From Octopus bimaculoides (lineage: Eukaryota), in the NCBI RefSeq assembly GCF_001194135.2, contig NC_068982.1:86118629-86182628 (forward strand): 64,000 nt of DNA. Direction: 5' to 3'. Under the pieces are notes generated by a model. That model had not been told where the DNA came from, searched no databases, and was given only the letters and a program-made list of their open reading frames with translations. The position numbers and the translations under genes were made by a program. The number at the start of each line of letters is the position of its first letter. The stretch's first letter is position 1. This document shows positions 38,040 through 49,479 of the stretch, piece after piece.

Positions 38040-41000
38040 CATCTTAGTCCTTTGTAATCTACTATTCGAGGCTCAGCATCTTGAGGTCAACCTTCACTAC
38101 ATCATTCCATGTCTTTTTGGGTTTCCCTCTTCCACAAGTTCCATCTACATTTAGTGATTGGCACATCTTTTTAGAGCTGCCATTATCCATCCACATCACA
38201 TGACCATACTAGTACAGTCTTCTCTTTTCAATGCTATAGCTGATTCATCTTATACCTAATTTTTCTCTCAATACTTTAGCATTTTGTTGTACATGTACAC
38301 TGATATTATACATCTAATGAAGCATACTAGCTTCATATGACCTTAGTATTCATAGCCACATCTCACTAACACATAGCAATGCTGTTCATACACAAGCATC
38401 ATACAACCTGCCTTTCACTCTGAGAAAAAAAAATCCTTTGTAGCTGATAGAAGTAATAACTCTCTGAACTTTCTCCATCCTGTTCTAATTCTAGCAACAA
38501 TACTTTCAGAACATCCTCTGCCACTGCTAATTACTCTTTTACTCTTAACCCTTTTACTTGTTTCAGTCATTTGACTGTGGCCATGCTGGAGCACCGCCTT
38601 TAGTCAAGCAAATCGACCCCAGGACTTATTCTTTGTAAGCCTAGTACTTAGTCTATCGGTCTCTTTTTGCCGAACCGCTAAGTTACGGGGACGTAAACAC
38701 ACCAGCATCGGTTGTCAAGCGATGTGGAGGGGGGACAAACACAGACACACAAACATACACACATATATATACATATATACGATGGGCTTCTTTCAGTTTC
38801 CGTCTACCAAGTCCACTCACAAGGCTTTGGTCAGCCTGAGACTATAGTAGAAGACATTTGCCCAAGATGCCACGTAGTGGGATTGAACCTGGAACCATGT
38901 GGTTGGTAAGCAAGCTACTTACCACACAGCTACTTCTTAGGTCACAAAAACTATCTATAACCTCTAGGAAGTCTCCTGGACATTTGAGAAAATCTGTTTC
39001 TCATTTGTACTTTGTGTTTAATGCTCCAGCACATCTTCCACATACAAACACTACTTTCTCTGTTAACCTTCCTGTGATCCTACTGCACCTCTTGTGTGGC
39101 CATAGCTTGCACTGAGTACAGCATGTGGAAATTATTTTCTAATTCTACTAAAGATTCAGTTATAAAAACGTCTTCAGTATATAGTAGTTCTCAAGGGCAA
39201 CCATCTTAAATTCTTCTGTTATAGCCTGAAGGACTATGAAGCACAGGGGGGGGGGGGACTAAGATCCAAGCCTTGCTGAACTCTTTCCTTTACACTAAAT
39301 TCTTTGCTGTACTCATTGCTAGCTCTCATCTTACTGATAGTACCCTTATATAATGCTTGTACAACTGTCTTTCTTAAGGACCACCAAGATTACAGAGTGA
39401 AGCTTTCTCCAGGTCTCAATGTAGCTTATTTATAGCTAAATACTTCTCCAGCAGTTGGCTTACTAGAAAGATGACATCAGTAATACTTCTCCCCGGAACA
39501 AAATCAAACTGCATCTCATCTAACTCCTGTAATTTTCAAGATCGGGTTCAGCAATTAGATCTCTCTGTAATTACTACTGCATAAGGCACATCCTTTACCC
39601 TTGTAACAGTTGACCATGATGCTGTACACCAGTCATTGGGTGCAACTCCTCATATAACCTGGTTAACTATACAGGTGACTAAGCCATATCATACTCCACC
39701 AGATATTTTAAGCATTTCAGCAGTGATTCCTGATGAACCAGAAACTTTCTATGCCTACATATCCTTAATTGCTTTATCAATTATACTATTGTTAACTACA
39801 ATAACTGGTCCCTTGTTATGTCCACACAAGAAAGGTTCTCTTTTTTCCCCCATGCAATTTCTACATTTAATAGCTTTTCATCTAATAGCTTTTCCATGAG
39901 TTTATCTTTTCAGTAACACTAAAGTGTAAGTATACTATTATCCATCTACACATATTCATCACTCACGTCTCGATTCTCTCTGAGATACTCTTTTGTTTTC
40001 TGGAATACTTCATTCCTCTGACCCCCATTGCTGTAAAACATTGGCAAACCTCTTCCTTTCTGCTTCTCTCCTTTTTAAATATACTTGTTGCCCGGCTTCT
40101 CTTTTAGCTACCTTGGTATAGTTCTCTGCTGCACCTATTCTAACAATCCTTCAAAGCCTGCTTCTTTGCTTTTATGGGTCTTTCTACTTTACTGTTCCAC
40201 CACCACATCACCCTCAATTTGCTCTTGTCACAGATTTTGTCCATCACTCTCAATAGGCTGTTTGCAAAGGACTCCCAGTTCTCCCCCTCCTTCTCTTCAA
40301 ATACTTCAACTAGTACTTCTCTAAATTTATGACAGTTCACTGCATCATTAAGCTTCCTATCTTCCTTTACCATATTGGTTTGCATCTCAGTCCTCTTAGC
40401 TCTAAATCTGAAGTCCTTAGCCTTAGCTTATGTTAGGTTGTAGGACTTTGATGGACCTTGCATTTACAAACATCTGTTTATCCTGTTTCCTGATGAAAAT
40501 GTAGTCAATCTGGCTTGTGTACTCACCAGATTAATAGGTGATCAAGTGGCTGGTAGTTTCTTGAAGTTTGTGCTGCAAATTGTCAGGTTATTTGCGTCAC
40601 AGAACTCAAAGAATGTTGTTCCCTCATTTCTAGGACCTATGTCATAGCCTCCAAAGTATACTTTGGAATTCATGCCCACTGAAGTCACCACTCACAAAAA
40701 TAAGTTCACTGTCATTCATCACAGAGGTAATCTGCAAAAGGGATTTGTAAAAATCAGTACTTTTGTTTAGCAGAGATAAATGTTGCAGTCATGCTTTCCC
40801 AGACTAGTTTAAGCTTAATTATCCTATCACACACTCTGACTACCTTGATCATCTAATCTACCCAACTGTCTGGAAAAGTATGCCTACACTTCCCACACCA
40901 TCACTGTTGCCTACCCAAAAGAGTTTATGCTTTTGATCTTGGCCCACGAGAGGTCTGAGGTTCCTCTTCATCTCACCTTTTGTGTACATTGCGTGTTTAC

Positions 41001-41150
41001 ATGCCCCCAATCTAGCATCTTAACGATCTCACTATACCTACTTTCTATTGTGCTAACATTGATTGTTGCTGTTCTAAGACTGCGTACTAGATGAGAAATG
41101 CAAGCGGTAGCATCTGAAAAGAAGATTTGTGTGAACGTTTCCTTCAAAGT
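38040..41150 (-). mobile_element. RTE-type LINE (PHD family) copy E, nearly the whole ORF, heavily decayed, SINE-interrupted
   Basis: From LRTATINV (APE start, about 41080) through MWWWNS, RT and VCGRC to the GKPKKTW region. Confidence 0.8.
38531..38938 (-). mobile_element. Full-length SINE nested in RTE copy E
   Basis: High similarity to 2575-2983; RTE sequence resumes on both sides. Confidence 0.92.
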
Positions 41151-41270
41151 AGAGGGCTCTTGTACATACCAATAATTATATGAGTATTGCTACTCAATGA
41201 ATTACCCTATCTCATAAATCCTAAATATCCTTTATTGAGGTGGATGAAGTGTTGTAATCCAACGTCAGAC

Positions 41271-43000
41271 TGTTATAACGTCCGCTCAGGTATAGCAGTA
41301 TAGTTAGTGAGATAAATAAAGAACATGACTATGTATCACCAACTATTTGACTAACACTCTTGACTTCCTATGGTACAGTATTTATAATGACCACTCATCA
41401 CATGGGAGGAGTGTTCCATTATTATTATTATTCCCCATAACATCTCCCCTTTTAAGCTTTTCTCATTTTTTCCCTAGAGTGTTATTTTATTTCTTTTATT
41501 TGTAATAATTTTTACATCACCCCACCTACCATTTTTTGAGTTTTTTTTTATACAGTTACACATTTAATATTTTGTAGTGGCATTGGTACTTGAAAAGTAT
41601 CATAACCATTCCATTGGTTCTTCTATCCACTTGGGTTTGCTCTCAACAAGTATAGCATTTTTCCTGTGTTTGGTAATGATCTTGAAATATCTAGCTGTAT
41701 TATTCATTGCAATTTTTCTTTTCTTGCCAATTTGTCAAAGATTGATTTTATTTTCCTTGCAAACATCAGCTCTGTTGGTGACATACCTGCTGGTGTATTT
41801 GGATTTGATATCACAAGGTATACACTTAAGAGTTGTTGTAGAGCTACCTCATTCCTTATTCGACTTTCTTAGGGCTCTCTTGAATGTATTGACAAAGCAT
41901 TCTGCTTGACCGTTACATTTGGGATGGTATGGTGCTGTAGTTACAAGTTCTACAGCAAATGTTTTACAAAACTTTTAAAACTCAAAAGACACAAATTATG
42001 TTCCATTGTCAGACACTATCGTGTCTGGGATGCCAAATCTTGCAAACAGCTCATGTAGAAGATTTGTTGCAGTTGAGGAAGTTGACTTTTCACACTTGCA
42101 ATTTCTGGCCATTTAGAGAAACTATCTACTACCACTAAATAGTATGAGCCGTTTAAAGGACCAGCAAAACTGATGTGTTGTCTCGACCATGGAACATCTA
42201 CTTTTGGCCAAGGTTTACTTTTTATTGTCAGTAATTTTGCTGCTAGAGCACATCTTCTACAGCCTTTCATTAAATTTGCGATTTCACTATCCATTTTTGG
42301 CCAGTACACACAGCTATGCATTAAAGCTTTCATCCTCAAAATACCAGGATGTCCAACATGAAATTCCCTCAACATTTTCTTTTGCAATATTTCAGGTATT
42401 ACTACTCTCTGTGCATACATCAATAAGCTACCACAAATTGAGTATAGGTTCATGTCTTAGTTTCATCTTGCACCAGTACTGTTCCTATTTACTTTTCCTG
42501 TCCACAGTATTCTTTTCATTTCTGTTATGAATTTGTCCTTTCTGCATTTCACTTTGTCTTCTAGGGTTACTGGTGATTCGTGTATCACATTCCACATTAC
42601 ATTTTTTATTTCTCCTTCTGATCTTAATGCTGTGACTACCGTATCTTTGAATGGCTTGCAGTATTTTGATATCAGTCTGGATAAACCATCTATATGCCCT
42701 AGTTTTTTTGACGGTAAATATTTCATTTTGTAATCATAATGCAGTAATGTAGTGCCCCATTGCTTGTAGTCTATTTGTTGTGTGTTGGTATTCCTTTTTT
42801 AGGACCATATATTGACAGTAGTGGGTGATGATCTGTTTGTAGACAGAAACTTCCTCCATGAATAAATCTATGTAATTTTTTCACACCAAATATGATTGCT
42901 TATGCTTCTTTTCTATCTGTCTATAGTTGCTTTCAGCTTGTAATAATGATTGTGATGCATAGGCTATAGCCTTTTTACTGCCATCATCATATTTGTGCAG
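41271..43000 (-). mobile_element. Gypsy element 3' part (RNase H, integrase, PPT, 3' LTR 41271-41442)
   Basis: TDHHPLL, GHIDGLSRL, HVGHPGI..YWPKM..CRRC, VVVDSFSKWPE, VSDNG, PYHPKCNGQAE; PPT AAAAGGGGAGA; LTR TGTTAT...ATAACA. Confidence 0.9.
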
Positions 43001-43019
43001 AAGGAGGTAGTGGAGAGAA

Positions 43020-43125
43020 AGAAGACAAAGAAGAAGGAGAATGAGAAGGGAGAATAAGAAAGGAATGTAGGTGGTATGATAGTAGTAGGATGTTAAATGG
43101 TCAAGTGACCTAAAACTGGCTTGTT
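43020..43125. repeat. ~105-bp direct repeat, left copy (right copy 44961-45063), flanking the PLE
   Basis: AGAAGAC...GGCTTGTT occurs twice with a few differences. Confidence 0.9.
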
Positions 43126-43131
43126 ATGGAT

Positions 43132-44960
43132 TATAGCAGAGATTGGGACTGTTTTTTAATGAATTCTTGGGAATCTCTTGAGTGTATCATTTTTAATATT
43201 TGTGTGTATTCCCAAGATACACAAAAGTGGGAAAATAAGTAACGCATGCAAGATAGCCACAGACATAATAATCAAAGTCCCTACTCCTAATGACCTCAAA
43301 TTGAGACCCATAATAGCAGGTCCCGCATGCGAAAACCACCACCTCAGTAACTTTTTAGATACCCTCTTAAAACCATTCCTCAAGCATGTCAAAAGCTACA
43401 TAAGGGACAACCTGGATATGCTCAATCACCTTCCTGAAACAATAAACAAAAACACCCTACTAATATCCTTCGATGTAGTCAACCTGTATTCCAATATCCC
43501 CCATAACCTAGGAATAGAGGCAATTCAATTCTGGCTAGAGAATTAAGCCAATGACCTTCCACATCACATCAAAAAAGAATTCGTGATAGATGAACTAAAA
43601 TTCATCTTGGAGAATAACTACTTCGTCTTCAAAGACAACTTCTATCAACAAAAATTGGGGACTGCGATGGGTACGGGAATGGCCCCCCCACCTTTGCTAA
43701 CCTAGTCATGGGATATCTAGAAATTAGTCTAGAAAAATATGGCAGCCCATTCTCCCTCTATATAGAAAATAACTGGAAGAGATACCTGGATGACTATTTC
43801 ATTCTCTGGCATGAAAATATAGAGAGACTTAAAGAATTCCAAGGACTTATAAACGAACTTGACGTAAACATTCAATTCCTGATGGAATATAGCCATCAAC
43901 AACTTCCCTTCCTCGACATCCTCATTCAGAAATCTAACAACGTAATAGAAACAGATATATACTATAAGCCCACGGACTCCAAGCAATATCTACTGTTCAA
44001 CTCATGCCACCCCAGACACACCAGAATGAATATCCCCTTCAACCTAGCAAAAAGGACATGTACTATAGTTTCTAATGCAAACACCAGAGACACACAACTA
44101 CATGAACTAAAGGATACACTCATGACCAGGAACTACCCACCTTCACTAATTGACATATACTTTCAACGTACCCTTCAACTCAACATCTACAAACTCAGAC
44201 ATCCCAAATTAAAGAAGGATTTACAACCAAAAGCCCTACCATACATCTCCACACACAACCCTCTTAACAATGAAGCCTTTGACACCATCCTTCAAAACGT
44301 TCCCCTGCTAAAAAAGGACCACAGAATTAACTTAATCCTCCAAACATACACCATCATAAAAAGCAAAAGACAAACCAAATCTATGAAAAGTCCCCTGACA
44401 CAAGCCTGAATATGCTCAACAACAACACAGAAGCCGTCAGTAAAAATATGCAGAAAACCCAACTGTGGGATATGCATCAATTTAATTGAGCGATCAAAGT
44501 TCTCCTTTAAACAGGGACAACGTTTCACAGTGAAAAAGCAGCTCCACGTGTGCTTTGGAGAACCTGATATATGCACTAACCTGCTCTGGGTGTCAAGAAC
44601 AATACATGGGCCAAACAAAAAACAGTCTACATAAAAGAATGGCTCTGCACAGATCCCAGATCAAAATTCCCCAAAACAGAAAAATAGCATTCAGCCAACA
44701 CATCGACATTTGCGACAATAACAAAAATCCAAGCTTCAGAATTTTTCCCCTCTACCAATTCAGGGACGATACAACCTTTAGCCAACAAATTAGTAAAGAG
44801 ACTCTCTTTATTACAAAATACAGACCCCTTTTGAACGCACCTACAAGCAACATATCCACCACGGCCTTAGAATAACACAAACACACACACAAATATTAAA
44901 ATTGATACACTCAAGAGACTCCCAAGAATTCATTAAAAAATAGTCCCAATCACTGCTATA
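43132..44960 (+). mobile_element. Neptune/Poseidon-type PLE, 5'-truncated, RT plus Cys linker plus GIY-YIG, with 76-bp terminal inverted repeats
   Basis: IPKIHK, RPIIAG, FDVVNLYSNIPH, GTAMG, RYLDD, FLDI, YKPTD, CRKPNCGIC, NLIYALTCSGCQEQYMGQT; 43132-43207 is the inverse of 44885-44960. Confidence 0.92.
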
Positions 44961-46007
44961 AGAAGACGAAGAAGAAGAAAGAGAAGGGAGAATAAGAAAG
45001 GAATGTAGGTGGTATGATAGTAGTAGGGTGTTAAATGGTCATGTGACCTAAAAGTGGCTTGTTTGGGCACGCTTATGTTAAAAAACAATTTTAGAATGAC
45101 TTTTTTTCTGTCAAAATGTTAAAAATAACTGACCAAGATTCAACCAAATCAAAAAATAAACCCAAATACTAAGCGAGCAAAGATGAACCATCCCACTTCC
45201 ATTGCGCGCACACAGGCACACACACACACACATTCACATACACCCCTTTTACATACACACACATATATTCACCTAGAGTTGAAACGCTGTTTGATTTATT
45301 TTTTCAGCGCACACTATCAAGTATGACATCATCCCTTCCTTTTTTATTCATCTATCACTCCTTCCTTTCTCATTCATAAACACAAAAGTATTATTATAAT
45401 AGATTATATCGGTAACCATGTGAGCTATGAAAAAAATACACAGCCCAGCATCACCATCTGTGTAATTTTTCATGCAATTCCACCCAGCCGTTTGACCATG
45501 AATCCCAAGACAAGAAAGAATCAACCATCTCAAATTTATATGTATAGATTAATCCAAGTCTATATTTGCAATATTTACATTTGCTCCATATCAATTGTTT
45601 CTATCACCACTTATCTTATTCCTAACCATGTATGATACTATGTAACAGGTTGGATTTGAATTTGCAATCTTTATTTCTAACAATCTCTATGAAAGACGGA
45701 AATATATCACTATGAAATGACATTTCAGTTATAGATTACGAGTCACAATAGAAACTCAGGAAAATCAAAATAGCAATGTCTATAATGCTTGCTGCAACTC
45801 AGTGAGTAAGCCCACCACAGACTTCAGCTCAGTTTGATGGTTATTACTGAGAGATAGGTTTAAATAACCCAAATGTGCAATAATAACTACACAAATAGGC
45901 GCAGGAGTATCTTCTACTATAGCCTCGGGCCAACCAAAGCCTTGTAAGTAGATTTGGTAGACGGAAACTGAAAAGAAGCCCATTATATATATGTATGTGT
46001 GTATATA

Positions 46008-46171
46008 TTTTTTTTCTCCGTGTTTTTCTCCTTGTCTCCGTATTCTTTCTGTTGAAGAGCGTAGCTCGAAACGTTAAAGACTTTCCGTATTCCCGAGCGT
46101 CATACTAATACATCCGTTTGTTATTTACACCACCTGTCCTCGTCTGTTGTTGTTTTTTCGTATATTCTCCC
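46008..46171 (+). mobile_element. PLE pseudo-LTR fragment
   Basis: Resembles the end of the PLE at 23110-23160 (TTCTCTCCTTGT..TTCTTTCTG) and 7837-7997. Confidence 0.6.
46044..46080 (+). ncRNA. Minimal type I hammerhead, variant core
   Basis: TCTTT-CTGTTGA-A-GAG-CGTAG-CTC-GAA-ACGT-T-AAAGA: 5-bp stem I, palindromic stem III ACGT, A6 replaced by U. Confidence 0.55.
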
Positions 46172-46190
46172 ATATATATATATATATATA

Positions 46191-46236
<46 letters not shown>

Positions 46237-46999
46237 TGTTTGTCCTCCCCCCAACATCGCTTGACAATTGATGATGGTGTGTTTACATCCCAGTAACTTA
46301 GTGGTTCAGCAAAAGAGAATGATAGAATAAGTACTAGGCTTACAAAGAATAAGTCCTGGGGTCGATTTGCTTGACTAAAGGCAGTGCTCCAGCATGGCTG
46401 CAGTCAAATGACTGAAACAAGTAAAAAGAGTAAAAAAAAGAGTAAAGAGTAAATACTGAGAGAGAAGGGAATTACAACTCTTGTTTAGAAGTAATGGTCT
46501 CCACTTTAAACCCAGTGTATATTTAGGACTATGATATATGGATGATCAATGACTTACAACTCAAACTAGGTAAATAGAAACTGTATAGAAATCTTTAAAA
46601 TGAATTTTACTTCTTGGGTAATATACGTTACCTACTACCCAGATTAACACACCACTTGATCAATGGTTGCCTCTCTGAGACCTGGTTCAAAAAGATCATA
46701 GGCAGGCTAAGTCATAAAAGGAAAAAATTTAGATATATTCCTGTTCTTTACATGGGTTTAACAATTATTGTCAAAGGTCAAGTTAGCAATTGCTATCAAA
46801 GGTCATCAAAGACACTTCAGCTGTTACCATCCTGTATTTTTATAAGAAAGTAAGTTATAGTTTGAGAGATATCTCACTTCTATTTCTAGCAAATCAAGCT
46901 ACAACACTAAGACCTTCTAGTTTGTTTGAGTGTTTTGTCTTTTACTTTTTGTGTGCCAAGTTTGTATGTAGTGTGGTGATTAAGCGTTGATATTGCAAG

Positions 47000-48250
47000 T
47001 TAAAAATAGAAATGTGTGACTTGGTGACAGCATACATAAAAGAGTAATGGACTTGTGAGAGGGATACTGTTTTGTTTGAGTATTAGTCTAGGCATATCTC
47101 TTTACTCTAGATTCTGGTGGTGCCTACAGCAAATGTGGGCAAGGTGAAACCAGTTAAAGTGCAACAATTATTTTTTCGTTGCCTTTATTGTTGGTGTTGT
47201 GCATCACAGCATGGTGTTTTGTGGATAGAAAAGTTATTGACATGGCTATTATTTCTGTGTATATGAGTTTGAGTGTTTGCTAGATTTTAGAGTTGGGATT
47301 ATATTTGTCCAATTTCAACAGTACTGGTATGAGACTGTGAAGATGTTGGAGAGTAAAATAATTTCTCCATGATTTTGAAGATTTTTTTTCTTTATGTTTT
47401 ACATTTTAGATGATCAATGGAAGATAGGAAGAAAGATATGTAGTCTAGACCAAAGGGAATCTTTTTAGTATCAAGGGCAAATTGCAAGTGTATACAATGT
47501 AGATGTTAAGAACTGAGAAAAATAATTTAATTTATATGCAAATTATATTAAATTACTGTTTTATTCTTTAAGTTCAAAGTGTATTTTTGTATAGAATTTT
47601 AAAAAAATTTATTAATGGGTGGCCTTAAATTGGAATGCAGATGGTGGCATTCACTACCTCTAATCCAGATAGAAGGGGTTATTATTATTTTGTGTTTCTG
47701 TTTTGTCTTCTTAGTATGGTTTTAATAAATGTTTGCCAATATTCTACTTCTTTAAGTTTATTTTCTTAGTTTATTTCATTCTTCAACTGCTTTGTACTGA
47801 GTTTCAATCCTGCCAGTGTTGTTGTGTAGCCCCAGGTTAGCCATGATTGAGCAGTCCTATGGCACGCAGTAGCCAAATAATGAAGCGCAATCCACAGATC
47901 CATTTTCCCAGTTATACTATGTCTCTGCCTATCTGAAGACTATACTGCTCATTCTGACATGCAGTATTGAATTGTATAGGGTGCAGTGTGTTGGTCTGAG
48001 TATTGAGCACTTTCTTCATTGTCCTGTCTATTCCTTGCATATAAATTTTAGAGATGGATACAGCGAATGTGAGCAAGATGAACTTACTAACATTGTAGCT
48101 ATTTCTGTGTGTATGTGTTCCTTATGCCTGTCTGGGTTGAGTGGGAGAGACAGTGCTTTTAAGATGCTATGGTGGTAGTGGTGTTGGGTGTTGGTATATA
48201 TGTCTGGATGTTTGGAAGTAGTTTTTCATATAATGACAGGTACTGTGGGG
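47000..48250 (-). mobile_element. Very decayed I/Jockey-like LINE remnants
   Basis: KIMEKLF-like RT segment and HKEHIHTEI..LRPTHCTLYNS C-terminal-like segment. Confidence 0.35.
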
Positions 48251-48513
48251 CTTTAAAATTACTACAACAAAAAACCTAGGCATGCTGTGGCAACAAACTA
48301 AACTATGCACCTGTCCAGGTGCTTGCCATTCTTAGCATTTTTGTTTTGATGAGTAAATGATCTGTGCACTACCTGATATGATATATAGCAGACTGCTTTC
48401 TCGCAAAGATCCTCTATATGGTTATTCATTTTGCAAGAAATCATCACTAGATATTTCTCAAATGTTACCCTACTATCTTTAAAAATAGTTAGATATAAAA
48501 GATAAAGTAATTT

Positions 48514-48570
48514 CAAGGTGATGCTCTAGCATGGCTGCAGTCAAATGACTGAAACAAGTAAAAGAATAAT
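48514..48570 (+). mobile_element. Isolated SINE 3' tail
   Basis: AAGGTGATGCTCTAGCATGGCTGCAGTCAAATGACTGAAACAAGTAAAAGA. Confidence 0.8.
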
Positions 48571-48860
48571 AACCATTATTGTTGTGTGTAGTGTTGATGT
48601 GTAGTCTCTCAAGGTTATCTTTTTTAATTGAGTAGTTTCAGAATTTTCTTTACTTATATTGTCAATATTATTATCATTATTTTTTCTTTTGTACACTACT
48701 ATGATTATTAAATCCTATGATGTTTGCAGTTCACCTGGTTGAAGTGATTCCAATGCAGCTTATTTCTATTAAATCACCAAGTTACACTGCTTTTTAATAT
48801 AAAAGGACACAACTCATGAAACTACTGATAAACAAAAATACAAGCATGGAGATGGAAGCC

Positions 48861-48925
<65 letters not shown>

Positions 48926-49127
48926 ATAAATAGTTGATGAGGGAAATGGAAAATGGATCTATTTTCTGTTTCCTTCATCAATTATAAACTAAATGAACAC
49001 TGTTGAATTCCTGATGTAGATCCAGTGAAAATTATACTGTAACTGTGGAATGTCATAAGGTAACCCAAACAGTGAATGTGCTTTAATTGGTATACTAATA
49101 GACATGTACCTAAAGTCCAAATTATTA

Positions 49128-49159
<32 letters not shown>

Positions 49160-49163
<4 letters not shown>

Positions 49164-49440
49164 TTTGTTTTGCAAGATTCTTGATGTGAAATCGTGCGTT
49201 GAAACATATTATTGTATTTGGGGATGGTCATGTTGCCAGTTTAGCCAATAAAAACACACGCACTACATATTTGGTCTTAATTTGCTTCAGCTTTATATTA
49301 CATTAATCGTATTTCAGCCAGAGTTCTTTCGTCACATTTCTGTGACCTCATCAGTGGTCCTTTGCTTTCTTCTTTCTTATTTGTGTGTCCCTCCTTATCA
49401 GAATGGATATGAATATTTCCTATTTTTGTGAAAAATGAGT
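49160..49440 (-). mobile_element. Solo PLE pseudo-LTR / retrozyme-like unit ending in (TA)n
   Basis: Carries an intact hammerhead core; no ORF; the far boundary is approximate. Confidence 0.55.
49317..49360 (-). ncRNA. Type I hammerhead ribozyme
   Basis: Minus strand GGACCA-CTGATGA-G-GTCACA-GAAA-TGTGAC-GAA-AG-AA-CT-C-TGG: intact core, 6-bp stem II with GAAA tetraloop, CUC cleavage triplet. Confidence 0.75.
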
Positions 49441-49479
49441 AATTTATTTACTTGTTTTCATGTATGTATATATTCTCTA

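Larger units (their letters stand above)
45897..46452 (+). mobile_element. SINE (head partly deleted) carrying a PLE pseudo-LTR insert in its microsatellite
   Basis: Body 45908-45985; tail 46235-46452. Confidence 0.85.

Noticed and set aside
45180-45430. GCGCGC, TGACATCA and GGTAACCATG motifs suggesting a promoter
   Set aside because: Short motifs only, with no CpG island or linked first exon.
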